DNA of 58,405 nucleotides from an uncultured Candidatus Berkelbacteria bacterium (GCA_903954185.1 CAJBMM010000017.1:1-58405); one strand, 5' to 3'. Counted from the stretch's first letter, positions 18,487 through 27,645 are shown. Numbers and translations: made by a program. The notes: generated by a model from the sequence alone, not told the origin.

Positions 18487-19263
18487 TTATTTGATTTTAA
18501 TTTCGGAAATTGGAGAGCTTATTTGCCATAGCGATTGGAATAAACTGAGCTGGGCGGTAGCCATGTCTTGGCTTTCGATAATTAATCCGAATGTTTCTTT
18601 TTTGGATGATAGATTGATTACTTTATTATCGTATGCAAACGAAACAACTGGCAGGTCCAAGTTTGCCGGCGCCAATCGCACCTCGCGCATTTCGTTACCC
18701 GACGTGCCCCAAAATCCCGGTAAATCGTTTGAACGAGGGTGAATGGTTTGCAAAAATATACCCTTAGCCACCCGTCTTTTTACCATATCGTTTATGTACT
18801 CTTCGCCCAAAACCTCGATGATAGATTTATTAGAATAGATGCCAAAAAGCCGCTTGTTAGAGGTGGTTAACGTGTCTTCGTAGACAGTTTTGTATCCTTC
18901 GATACCCGGATAGTACTTTATGCGCGGCTTAAACTCGGACAAATTGTACAATGACCGCAACTCGGGCAACAAGCTTTTTAATTTGCTCTCTTTTTCATCT
19001 AACATTTTGCTGATTGACTCTGGCGGTTCGGCTACAAAAAGCCGTCTTTTGCCAACCGTTACAGTGCTTAGTAAGTGACAATCAATTAAGTGCTGAATCG
19101 CATCGTATGCGTTAGTGCGTTCTACTTGGGCTTTTTGGGCGATGTTTTGGATTGACGATGCCCCCAGCTGCAACGCCGCCAAATACACCTTGGATTGCTT
19201 GCTGGTTAAGCCAAATACTTCTAACTGCGTTGCTAATTCTTCGTTATTGTATTGCTCTTTCAT
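18487..19263 (-). CDS. TrmB-family transcriptional regulator
   Basis: The N-terminal winged HTH is LTSKQSKVYLAALQLGASSIQNIAQKAQVERTNAYDAIQHLIDCHLLS. The protein is 258 aa. Confidence 0.7.
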   Translation of the reverse strand: MKEQYNNEELATQLEVFGLTSKQSKVYLAALQLGASSIQNIAQKAQVERTNAYDAIQHLIDCHLLSTVTVGKRRLFVAEPPESISKMLDEKESKLKSLLPELRSLYNLSEFKPRIKYYPGIEGYKTVYEDTLTTSNKRLFGIYSNKSIIEVLGEEYINDMVKRRVAKGIFLQTIHPRSNDLPGFWGTSGNEMREVRLAPANLDLPVVSFAYDNKVINLSSKKETFGLIIESQDMATAQLSLFQSLWQISSPISEIKIK

Positions 19264-19339
19264 ACATATTTATATTAACTCTTCCGTGCTTGTTTTGTCA
19301 AATGTTGCCATTATATAACAACACTTTGTGTACATATCA

Positions 19340-19368
19340 TTTACATTTGTGACCTTTTGGCATATAAT
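19340..19368 (+). promoter_or_regulatory. Near-consensus sigma-70 promoter for the radical SAM gene
   Basis: TTTACA (19340-19345), a 17-nt spacer, then TATAAT (19363-19368). Confidence 0.5.
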
Positions 19369-19431
19369 ACCTCCTCATGATCGCAAGATCAGTTCCTTTA
19401 AAGCCTATTTCGACACCCCAAGGAGGGGACA

Positions 19432-20445
19432 ATGAACACCCGTAAGATCCTAGCCGGCATGCCCGCGTCCTTTCCTGCCAGCGTCAGAGAGAGTGATCGC
19501 CCACTCTATCTGATGATGAATTTGGAAACGGGGTGCCCGCTTCGCTGCCTAAAGTGTGCCCAGCCTGGGCAAGGCCGCCAAGTTGGTACACCGCTGACCT
19601 TGGCAAAGCGTGAGCGGATCATCGAAGTGGCGGCACAGTGCGGCGTTAAGGCACTGGTGATTATCGGCGCAGGAGAGCCGAGCACCCCGCAAAACTTTTC
19701 CGCTTTCGTGCGACCAGTCATCGAGACGGCGCACCGTCACAGCCTGTTGACCGTGATGTTCACCACTGCACTCGGGATCAATCGAGAGCAGGCGATTTTC
19801 TACCGTGACCATGGGGTCACCATTGTGGTAAGCCTCGATTCGCTATTGCCCGAAACGTATCGCAAGCTGACGGGCAACGGCAACCTTGCTCACACTCTGC
19901 AGAACATTGCCGTTCTGCGCGAGGTATATCACAACACTGCCCGCGAAGAGGGCGGCGTGCGAACGGTGCGGTTGGGCATCAACTGCACCATCCAGCGTCC
20001 CAATGTTGGGGAGTTGGAGCAAATCCGCGAGTTTTCCAACAGTGATATGCTGTTCGTCGCTAACGCCCCGATGCCGGCGGGGCGGTTCGCCGTTTATGCC
20101 AACTGGGACGAGACAGTTGGCGACGCGAACCTAGATCGTTTCAATAAGCTAGCGCGGGAGATGTCCGACACTGGCGGACACAGCTCCATCGCAGAAGGCG
20201 CATGTAGCTATTTCAACCGCGGTATAACTGTTGATGTTGACGGGCAATTCCTATCGTGTGGCTATGCCGCTGCCAGCGCGGAGTTTCTTGGTAACATCGA
20301 GGAACCTACTCTTGAAGCGATGATGGATCACTATCATCGCGTCCGTGGCGGTTACCACGCATGGTGCCAATCCGCTGGCCGCCAGCCCTCCTGTCCGTTA
20401 AGGGACCCCGATTATCAGGGGTTCCTCCTCCATCTTCGCCGTTAG
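19432..20445 (+). CDS. Radical SAM enzyme with a SPASM/twitch-like C-terminal Cys region (substrate unknown)
   Basis: CPLRCLKC is a CX3CX2C motif, and GAGEP is the GGE-type SAM motif. The C-terminal Cys pattern is CSYFNRGITVDVDGQFLSCGY...C...CPLR. AAGGAGGGG precedes the ATG. Hand counts give 60-63% G+C against 28-42% nearby. Confidence 0.8.
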   Translation: MNTRKILAGMPASFPASVRESDRPLYLMMNLETGCPLRCLKCAQPGQGRQVGTPLTLAKRERIIEVAAQCGVKALVIIGAGEPSTPQNFSAFVRPVIETAHRHSLLTVMFTTALGINREQAIFYRDHGVTIVVSLDSLLPETYRKLTGNGNLAHTLQNIAVLREVYHNTAREEGGVRTVRLGINCTIQRPNVGELEQIREFSNSDMLFVANAPMPAGRFAVYANWDETVGDANLDRFNKLAREMSDTGGHSSIAEGACSYFNRGITVDVDGQFLSCGYAAASAEFLGNIEEPTLEAMMDHYHRVRGGYHAWCQSAGRQPSCPLRDPDYQGFLLHLRR

Positions 20446-20478
20446 TTAACGGCGCCCCATGGCCACCTTGGCCAGCCA

Positions 20479-20513
20479 CCTCGGGTGCGTGCTACGCACC
20501 CGGGGCTTTTTTT
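20479..20513 (+). terminator. Intrinsic terminator of the radical SAM gene
   Basis: The sequence is CCTCGGGTGCGT-gct-ACGCACCCGGGG followed by CTTTTTTT. Confidence 0.75.
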
Positions 20514-20541
20514 ATCTAAAAATGTTATTTACTCTCAAAAA

Positions 20542-20636
20542 GGTACAAATAACACGCTATAGTGCTTAGGTCGGATACCGTAGCACTTAGCACTACGCTA
20601 CGAAATAGCTAAGTGCTATAGCGTACTATTTGTACC
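20542..20636. repeat. Long imperfect palindrome rich in AGCACT/AGTGCT hexamers
   Basis: The 28-nt arms are ggtacaaataacacgctatagtgcttag and ctaagtgctatagcgtactatttgtacc, mismatched at 4 positions. Hexamers lie at 20561, 20582, 20589, 20612 and 20651. Confidence 0.7.
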
Positions 20637-20780
20637 ATTTTAATCATGTTAGTGCTAAGCTTCGAAGAACTTCTGCTGTTAAAATTAGGCGATTTTGGAT
20701 TGCAGTTGTTTTACTTGTTTTTCGAGTGCATCTAAACGCTTGCGCATTTTAACAACATCATTACACTGATATCGATTCCA

Positions 20781-20819
20781 TTACCAATACCCCCCCCTTA
20801 AAAGGAGGGGGTATTGGTA
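20781..20819. other. GC-cored hairpin downstream of the 20835..22274 gene
   Basis: The sequence is TTACCAATACCCCCCCTT-aa-AAGGAGGGGGTATTGGTAA. No U-run follows on either strand. Confidence 0.5.
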
Positions 20820-20834
20820 AAGTTTCATAATTGC

Positions 20835-22274
20835 TTAATCTGATAGCTTAGAATTGAATATAATATTTTGTGTGGCGATCGTTAGGGCGATGAGTACCCA
20901 AATGTGCATTATGTATAAAGTTGAGAAGAATTGATATTGCACCAAAACCCCTACAAGGGCAGAAATGAGGGCTAATATTATGGCGCGCAAAGTTGGATCT
21001 TTAGCTCTAAATAGTGCGCCAAAAGACCGTACAAACAAAACCAGCAGGAACATTAAGAGCGCCCCAAGCCCTATCATGCCAGTTTCGGCTAGTGTTTCTA
21101 AAGTTTGGTTATTTACTATTGGCCATCCGCTAATTGGTAGCTGATCGGGATAGTTAGTAGACCACGGACCAAAGTTGCCAATGCCAATACCAGTTAAAGG
21201 CTGTTCGTTAAAGGCTTCTTTAGCTTGATCAAACGTACTAAAACGCTGCAAAGTAGAGGCAGTATCTAGTGCGTTAAAAAAGTGCTTTTGCGTTTCTTCT
21301 ATTGCTTTGCGACCAGCATTGGAAAAGTTAATGACTAATGTTAACCCAACTGCCAAAACCATAGTGGTAATAATGGCACCAGTTATAACATGAGGACGCA
21401 ATAAAGCAAGTAAACTACCGAAGAATATAACCGCCAGTGTTACCGCAAGCCCTAAATACCCGCCGCGCGAAATTGTCATTAAAAACACAAGGCCAACTAG
21501 TGCAATAAAGCCAATAAAGAATTTACTAGAAAAAACATTAATTTTACGAATATATAGTGTAATTACTAACGCTAACGGAATGATAAGAAAATTAGCCAAA
21601 TAAAGTGGTTCTTGCATTACCGATTGTACGCGAGGGTAACCAAAAACTACTTTAGTGTAAACATCTTTTAGCCCAGTTAAAGACATAGGTAAGCCAATCA
21701 TATCGCCCGCAAATTGATACAGCCCAAAAATCGAAATAATAATAGTTACCCAAAACAAAACCTTAATAACCAAGCAAAGATGATCTTTGGTTTGCAATAT
21801 GGCAGGAATGACCCAAATTGTAAGTGAAGTAAAAATTATAAATGCAAATACCATCATGCCGCGGCTAATAGCCAACATATGGCTAAATGAAAGAAGTAGA
21901 GAAATGACTACGGTAATGTATACCCACAAATAAGGTGAATAACGCAAAATGAACGATTTGGAAATTAACTTTCTTATTAAAAATGCTGCAATCATTCCTG
22001 CCAATAAAACTTGACTAATGCGTAGGTTAGCTCCGCCAATTGGCAACGAAGGAATTCGCTCAAATGGAATAGAAAAGATAAAAACTAATAGTCCATGAAT
22101 TGGATATTTAATAGAGAAAATAATGTAAGCTAGCAATAATACTGCGCCAACAAGAGCATATGAGATAATTTCTAGCCCTCGGCCAATAAAAAAACCATAG
22201 ACGGTTGCAGTTAAAACCAACCCGATAGAAATTAGAATGTTTATTAGATTTTGTTTTTCCATTATCGTTAACAT
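20835..22274 (-). CDS. O-antigen ligase/polymerase-like (Wzy_C) polytopic membrane protein, second copy
   Basis: 479 aa with at least 10 TM segments. It contains the loop TISRGGYLGLAVTLAVIF. Confidence 0.65.
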   Translation of the reverse strand: MLTIMEKQNLINILISIGLVLTATVYGFFIGRGLEIISYALVGAVLLLAYIIFSIKYPIHGLLVFIFSIPFERIPSLPIGGANLRISQVLLAGMIAAFLIRKLISKSFILRYSPYLWVYITVVISLLLSFSHMLAISRGMMVFAFIIFTSLTIWVIPAILQTKDHLCLVIKVLFWVTIIISIFGLYQFAGDMIGLPMSLTGLKDVYTKVVFGYPRVQSVMQEPLYLANFLIIPLALVITLYIRKINVFSSKFFIGFIALVGLVFLMTISRGGYLGLAVTLAVIFFGSLLALLRPHVITGAIITTMVLAVGLTLVINFSNAGRKAIEETQKHFFNALDTASTLQRFSTFDQAKEAFNEQPLTGIGIGNFGPWSTNYPDQLPISGWPIVNNQTLETLAETGMIGLGALLMFLLVLFVRSFGALFRAKDPTLRAIILALISALVGVLVQYQFFSTLYIMHIWVLIALTIATQNIIFNSKLSD

Positions 22275-22275
22275 A

Positions 22276-22610
22276 ATAATGATTAATTTTAAATTTTAAA
22301 TGATGGTTGTGAATTTTATGAACAACTACAGCCGAAGGCTGATTAATCAAGCACTAATTACTGAATTCGAATTTTTAAAACTTTGCGGAAACGTCATTCT
22401 GGCTTGCAGTGCCGTCCATATCTTTACGCGGAGGATGGTCCAGAATCTTCACTTTTAATAATAAATTTATAATAATTATTGTTGGTTCAAATTCCAACTA
22501 TGAATAATGAAATGTTATGAATTTCGAATTTGATTCGTAATTCTAAACTCATCATTCAATCCATTAGTCATTAGACATTAGGATTTAGTCATTGAATCGT
22601 CATTCAGATT
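22276..22610. repeat. Family A repeat, copy 2. It is inverted relative to 16741-16877 and split by an insertion of about 120 nt that contains a family C hairpin.
   Basis: Block 22297-22345 matches the reverse complement of 16820-16868 at about 38 of 45 positions. Block 22518-22592 matches the reverse complement of 16748-16800. The insert 22385-22452 carries gtcattctgg...ccagaatc. Confidence 0.6.
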
Positions 22611-22634
22611 TCTGATTTCCGTCACTTCTGTTAC

Positions 22635-23483
22635 TTAATCCTCTGGAGTCTTATACACTGCCTGCCCTTGCCACCAACTCTCAATCATGCGGGCAATAAC
22701 GCTCCCTTCTCTTCGCCAACGATAACGCATCCAAAATACAACTTTATCATACCATGTTCCGTAAGTAGAAATATAGCGCTCCAAATCGTTATACCAGCTA
22801 CGTGGCACAATTAATGTTTCGGAAAGATCTGAATAAAGTACGCCATCGTAGAAAACCGAGATACCCATAGTTACCAATGATGTTACGCCCGCCGAAACCA
22901 TTTTTTCAATCCAGTAAAACAAAGCAAGTTCATCATCGTTGTTACTAATAGAATGCTTATAGCAAACTTGTGTACGCATTAAACAAACTGGTCCCAAAAA
23001 ATGCAGTCGCTCTGGGTCGATTGTGAATTCATTATCATCGCTAACAGCTTTAATTTGATGTGGCCAAGGACCAATGCTTTGCCCACCATAAATTGTGCCC
23101 TTTGCATCTGGGCGAATTATGGCTGGATAGTAAAGATCTATATTTTGATTTTGATTAAAGTGAACAACCATTCGATTGATAAAATCTCGCTCGAGCGTGG
23201 TTCCAGATTGGATAAATAAGATTGCTTCAATAAATGAGTACCGAGCATGTTCAACCATTACCTTAATTAAATCGCTAAACGGGCGGCTTTTATCACAGAC
23301 AAAAGTAACCCAATTAAAATCGCGCTTCAGACTATGCAGTATGCCTGTAGAGGAGTTTGGGACCAAGCAAATTATTTCGTGATTTCGATAACGTAATCCC
23401 TGCGTTGAGCGTAGAGTTGTGTAAGTTTTGGCTAAATCATCGCAGGCAATTACAATGGTAAGAATTTTTGGTTGTGCAGACAT
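22635..23483 (-). CDS. Hypothetical protein, possibly a GT-A-fold glycosyltransferase
   Basis: The N-terminus KILTIVIACDD is GT2-like, but no clear DXD motif is present. Confidence 0.3.
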   Translation of the reverse strand: MSAQPKILTIVIACDDLAKTYTTLRSTQGLRYRNHEIICLVPNSSTGILHSLKRDFNWVTFVCDKSRPFSDLIKVMVEHARYSFIEAILFIQSGTTLERDFINRMVVHFNQNQNIDLYYPAIIRPDAKGTIYGGQSIGPWPHQIKAVSDDNEFTIDPERLHFLGPVCLMRTQVCYKHSISNNDDELALFYWIEKMVSAGVTSLVTMGISVFYDGVLYSDLSETLIVPRSWYNDLERYISTYGTWYDKVVFWMRYRWRREGSVIARMIESWWQGQAVYKTPED

Positions 23484-23530
23484 TAAAAGGCTCCTTTTTA
23501 AAGGTGCCCCTCTTAGTTTGCACTATAACA

Positions 23531-23660
23531 TAGAATTGGAGAATGGAGAATGGAGTAAGCAAAAATGAATTTTCAAGTGTCAATTTTCAATTTTCAATAG
23601 GAATTATTATTTATAATTAAATAATCCATAATTCTCCACTCTGCATTCTCCATTCTTCAT
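23531..23660. repeat. Large palindromic AT-rich element (ggagaatggagaatggag / ctgcattctccattcttc arms)
   Basis: The arms at 23531-23556 and 23629-23659 are imperfectly complementary. The centre contains caattttcaattttcaat. The words ctgcattct are shared with the repeats at 9077 and 9304. Confidence 0.55.
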
Positions 23661-23670
23661 TAATTATATA

Positions 23671-23697
23671 GATTCCGGATCACAAGTCCGGAATGAC
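23671..23697. repeat. Family C hairpin repeat (short copy)
   Basis: gattccggatcacaagtccggaatgac has GATTCCGGA/TCCGGAAT arms. Confidence 0.6.
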
Positions 23698-23734
23698 AAA
23701 ACAAATATTCCTTATCACCTCTACCAGCTCCCAA

Positions 23735-24994
23735 CTAGCTTTCGAGTATTTCTTCAATCCTTAAAAGCTCGTTATACTTTGCTACACGTTCGCCCCTAGC
23801 AGGAGCTCCAAATTTCACATATGGACAGTTAAAACCAACTGCAATATGAGCGATAAATGCACTCTCAGTATCACCAGAACGATGCGAAAGAATAGGTGTG
23901 TAACCCAGTTTTACTGCCTCGGCAACAGCATCGTAGGCACCTGTCAATGTACCTATTTGGGTCGGCTTTATCATTATGGCATTAGCGATATGATCAGTGT
24001 ATCCCTTGTTTAAACGAATATCGTTAGTTGAAAAGATATCATCACCGATAACCATCATCTTGTCTCCAACCCGCTTAGTCAGTTCTATCCATCCATCCCA
24101 ATCTTGATCTGCCAACCCGTCTTCGATACCAGAAAGTGGAAATAGCGTGGACAACTTCTCATACTTAGCAATTAAGTATTCCGAGGGCACATCACCAGCA
24201 TGATGAATTAAATGGTAAAGTCTTTCATCGGTGAATAAATTACTAGCAGCTTCATCTAAAATGATGCCAATATCATCAGTAGTATAACCCGCCAAAGAAG
24301 CACCCTGAACAATTAAGGCCATTGCCTGATCGGTAGTTGCCCCAGGAACAGCATAGCCACCCTCGTCGCCCACCTGCATTCCAAATTTTTGATCTTTTAA
24401 AATACTACCAACTGCATGATAAATTTCGGTACCAATTCTCAGCGAGTCTGAAAAAGGTAGATTCTTTTTGATTATGACATTGAATTCTTGTGTATCAGTG
24501 GAAAATGAGGCTAATTTCCCGCCATTAAAAATGGTAAACATTGGGCTTGGAATTACCAGTTTTTTATTATTATTCTGTCCAAAACAATGCTCGGCAAAAC
24601 GAAAAAGTGGCTCTCGATTTTCGTTGGCACAAGCTATAGCATAACTGTATGAAACTCCGAGAATTCCATTAGAACCAAAGTGTTCTAAGTTTGGTGTACC
24701 ATCTAAACCAATAATGTATTGGTCAAATTCCCGCTGACTCTCAAATTCCATCCCAACAATTTGAGCACTTAGATAGTGATTAATATTTTCTGCTACCCGC
24801 GTAACGCCACGACCGTTTAAGCGGCCCAAATCGCCATCGCGCAACTCGTGCATTTCGTAAGACCCAATCGATGCCCCGCTCTCAACCGCTGCCGTACCTT
24901 TCGCTCCGCTTTTAAGCGTAATTTCAACTTCTACAGTAGGGTCTCCGCGAGAATCGATAATTTCTCGAGCTAATATATTATTGATAGATGACAT
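23735..24994 (-). CDS. eno: Enolase (phosphopyruvate hydratase)
   Basis: It contains ILAREIIDSRGDPTVEVEI and LSHRSGDTES. The protein is 419 aa. Confidence 0.93.
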   Translation of the reverse strand: MSSINNILAREIIDSRGDPTVEVEITLKSGAKGTAAVESGASIGSYEMHELRDGDLGRLNGRGVTRVAENINHYLSAQIVGMEFESQREFDQYIIGLDGTPNLEHFGSNGILGVSYSYAIACANENREPLFRFAEHCFGQNNNKKLVIPSPMFTIFNGGKLASFSTDTQEFNVIIKKNLPFSDSLRIGTEIYHAVGSILKDQKFGMQVGDEGGYAVPGATTDQAMALIVQGASLAGYTTDDIGIILDEAASNLFTDERLYHLIHHAGDVPSEYLIAKYEKLSTLFPLSGIEDGLADQDWDGWIELTKRVGDKMMVIGDDIFSTNDIRLNKGYTDHIANAIMIKPTQIGTLTGAYDAVAEAVKLGYTPILSHRSGDTESAFIAHIAVGFNCPYVKFGAPARGERVAKYNELLRIEEILES

Positions 24995-25022
24995 TTCCCC
25001 TCCATCGGTATCTAATCAAAGA

Positions 25023-26111
25023 CTATCTACTTTTTTGTTTTTCGTCTAGGATTTTATGATATACATCGAGTGTTTCTTTAGCACATTTTTCCCAAGAGAA
25101 TTTTTCGGCTTGAATATGCCCAAGTTTAATGAGTTTCTCACGCTCAACTCCACTATTTAATAACAATATTATAGCTTTAACCCATGCTTCTTCATCATTT
25201 GGCGATAGGCTAATACCACCGTCTCCAATAACTTCTGGCAGTGAAGAGACATTGCTAGAAATTGTCGGTACGCCGCAAGTCATTGCCTCTAACGGCGGCA
25301 ACCCAAATCCTTCGTATAATGAAGGAAAGGCAAAAAGCGTTGCCCCGTGATACAATGCTGGCTTGTCTGCTTCATCTACATAACCCGTAAAAATTACCTC
25401 ATCACTCAATTTTAAATCTTTTACCAGTTCAAAAAGTTGATCATAATGCCAACCTTTCTTGCCAGTTAAAACAAGCTTATGATTAGATTTATTACGATGC
25501 CTTACCTCGGCAAAAACGCGAACTAAAAACTCAAGGTTTTTGCGAGGGTTAATGGTACCAACATTTAAGATATATGGCCCTGTAATTTTATATTTTTTTA
25601 AAACTGTATCTATTTGGCTCAGAGACACTTTATTTCTATAGGTATTATCAACTGCTTCGTAGATTACAGTGATTTTTTCTGGAGCGATTTTTAAATGCTC
25701 AATAATGTCTTTCTTCGAATGCTCCGAAATAGTAATAACATGATCGGCATATCTATATGAAAATGGCATCCACTTGGCGTAATACTGCCGTGAATAAAAT
25801 GGAATATCACCACGCAGCATGCTTATCACATCGTGAATTGTTACCACATTTAAACCCTTATAAAAAACTGGCACCGAAAAAGCTGGTTGATGAAATATGT
25901 CCAATTTTGAATGATATGCCATAGAGGGCAAAGTAATTTGATCCCACCACCATCGTTGCGGGGTAGATAAATCGTGCTCCTCAGATGGTGAATAAGTAAC
26001 TAGCTTGTCATCATCTGCCACTTTTTTCAGCGCATTAACAAGGTTATTCACGTAAAAGCCAAAGCCAGTTGGCTGACCTTTTGTTGTTTGTACGTCTATG
26101 CCAATTTTCAT
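25023..26111 (-). CDS. GT4-family glycosyltransferase
   Basis: The N-terminus is [10 protein letters not shown]...GFGFYV. The C-terminal [28 protein letters not shown] is an E-x7-E type motif. Confidence 0.85.
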   Translation of the reverse strand: MKIGIDVQTTKGQPTGFGFYVNNLVNALKKVADDDKLVTYSPSEEHDLSTPQRWWWDQITLPSMAYHSKLDIFHQPAFSVPVFYKGLNVVTIHDVISMLRGDIPFYSRQYYAKWMPFSYRYADHVITISEHSKKDIIEHLKIAPEKITVIYEAVDNTYRNKVSLSQIDTVLKKYKITGPYILNVGTINPRKNLEFLVRVFAEVRHRNKSNHKLVLTGKKGWHYDQLFELVKDLKLSDEVIFTGYVDEADKPALYHGATLFAFPSLYEGFGLPPLEAMTCGVPTISSNVSSLPEVIGDGGISLSPNDEEAWVKAIILLLNSGVEREKLIKLGHIQAEKFSWEKCAKETLDVYHKILDEKQKSR

Positions 26112-27602
26112 TTATACCCTTTTTACGACTAATTTTATCACATCTTCCGATATTGCTTTCGTTTTCCATGCAGCTATGCAATAGACTATAGCCCCAACGG
26201 CTATTCCATAAAGTAAATTGCTATTGCGCAAAGGATAAATAATTGCGGCCATAATAATTACCGCAACCAGTGTACGCCCAACAACCGCCCAAGGAATATG
26301 CACTTTTATGAATTTTGAAATAATTATGGATTGTGCTAACAATACCAACGCTTCAGTCAAAATAGTTACTAATGCGGCGCCCAAATATGACCATCGCGGA
26401 ATTACAAAAAGGTTAAATCCAATATTTACTACTACTGCGATAATATTAGCAATAAGTAGCAGCCTAGATCGCGACATGGCAATTACACCCTTACCTAAAA
26501 TATTGGCAAAAAAGTCAAACCATACGGCAACCAATAGCAGCCTTAAAACCATCGCGCCGTCAATGGCAACCGAATACCCCATCAACTGAATTGCCACAGT
26601 AGAAGCATGCGAATAATCGCTTGAAGTAATAAAGTTCATCATTGGACGGGCTAAAATTATACCACCAATAATTATAGGTAACCCAAGCACAAACATAGCT
26701 TCGATAGATCGTGAAATTAAGAATTGGAAGCGCTTATGGTCATCTTTCCAGCTTTGTACCAAAGAGATAAATACCACTCCCATAAAAACAGCAGGGAAAA
26801 AATTGATAATCTCGATAACCTTATACGGTGCGGCGTAAATGCCAACATCACCTGCAGATTTATAAATTGATAAGATAACGCTATCAATTTTAAAATAGAT
26901 CAGCGCAAGCACAGATACTATGCCAAGCACACTGCTTTCACGAAATATTCGCTTCCAATATCCTCGATCAAATTGAAATTTAACTATTGTATATTGGCGG
27001 GCAAAAAGAACATTAGTATAATAATTTGCCACAGCCCCAAAAATCATCGCCGAAACTAACCAGGCAACATTTAATCCGAGCCATAAAAACGGTAACAAGA
27101 CTGCCAATGATACAATTCGCCCAACAATATCAGCTATTACTGGTCTATCCATGCGATAGTTTGCCTGGAATATGGCGACAAAAGTCATGTTTAGCGTTTG
27201 CCAAAAGGTAGAAATTGCAACCATTAACACACCCAGCTTAACCGGACCGTTAAGAATAGGGATAGCGCCAGTGGGTAATAAATAAATCGCAACCACGGCA
27301 CAACTTAGCACAATAAGGGCAAAAAATGAGCGCAATGCCAATATATTGCCCATAATGTAGTTAGTTTTGGCCATATCGCCTTCAGCCTCAGTCAATTCCT
27401 TGGCTAAAATCCAATAAAACCCAAAATCAGCCAATGTGCCAAACAAAGCTATGTAATTTAAGATAGCTGCATATTCACCGTATCCGGCTGGCCCAAGCTT
27501 ATTGGTTAGAAGTTTAACCGTAATCAAAGCAATAAGCGTTGTTACAACGCGCCCAATTATTTGTACAGATGAATTAAATGCAACTTTTCTTGTCAAACCC
27601 AT
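26112..27602 (-). CDS. Wzx-like polysaccharide flippase (MOP superfamily)
   Basis: 496 aa with about 14 TM segments. It abuts the GT4 start codon, consistent with translational coupling. Confidence 0.75.
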   Translation of the reverse strand: MGLTRKVAFNSSVQIIGRVVTTLIALITVKLLTNKLGPAGYGEYAAILNYIALFGTLADFGFYWILAKELTEAEGDMAKTNYIMGNILALRSFFALIVLSCAVVAIYLLPTGAIPILNGPVKLGVLMVAISTFWQTLNMTFVAIFQANYRMDRPVIADIVGRIVSLAVLLPFLWLGLNVAWLVSAMIFGAVANYYTNVLFARQYTIVKFQFDRGYWKRIFRESSVLGIVSVLALIYFKIDSVILSIYKSAGDVGIYAAPYKVIEIINFFPAVFMGVVFISLVQSWKDDHKRFQFLISRSIEAMFVLGLPIIIGGIILARPMMNFITSSDYSHASTVAIQLMGYSVAIDGAMVLRLLLVAVWFDFFANILGKGVIAMSRSRLLLIANIIAVVVNIGFNLFVIPRWSYLGAALVTILTEALVLLAQSIIISKFIKVHIPWAVVGRTLVAVIIMAAIIYPLRNSNLLYGIAVGAIVYCIAAWKTKAISEDVIKLVVKRV

Positions 27603-27645
27603 GCATATATCATACCATAGGAGTGCTATGGTTGTCAGTTGGTTG

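Noticed and set aside
18326-18742. Tracked plus-strand ORF of 138 aa
   Set aside because: It spans the GC-rich non-coding block and runs antisense into the TrmB gene. There is no RBS and the sequence is low-complexity, so it is most likely spurious.
19370-19426. CCTCCT (19370-19375) pairing with the radical SAM RBS AGGAGG (19421-19426) as a translational switch
   Set aside because: The CCTCCT lies at or upstream of the predicted transcription start (about 19375), so it may not be in the mRNA at all.
19377-19445. 22-codon ORF (MIARSVPLKPISTPQGGDNEHP) upstream of and overlapping the radical SAM start, as a RiPP precursor
   Set aside because: There is no Shine-Dalgarno sequence, so it would have to be leaderless. 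It contains no Cys or other typical modification-site pattern, and it overlaps the enzyme's RBS and start. Evidence from one genome is insufficient.
20690-20752. 20-codon minus-strand ORF (MRKRLDALEKQVKQLQSKIA) as a remnant of the coiled-coil gene at 10589..11116
   Set aside because: The peptide similarity (L.KQVKQL) is not mirrored at the DNA level, and the ORF is too short to assess.
8347-23660. The dispersed repeats and tandem ACTTAAGT arrays as CRISPR arrays
   Set aside because: There are no regularly spaced identical 24-40-nt repeats separated by unique spacers, and no cas genes. The elements are palindromic and single-copy per locus, or are 8-9-nt tandem motifs.
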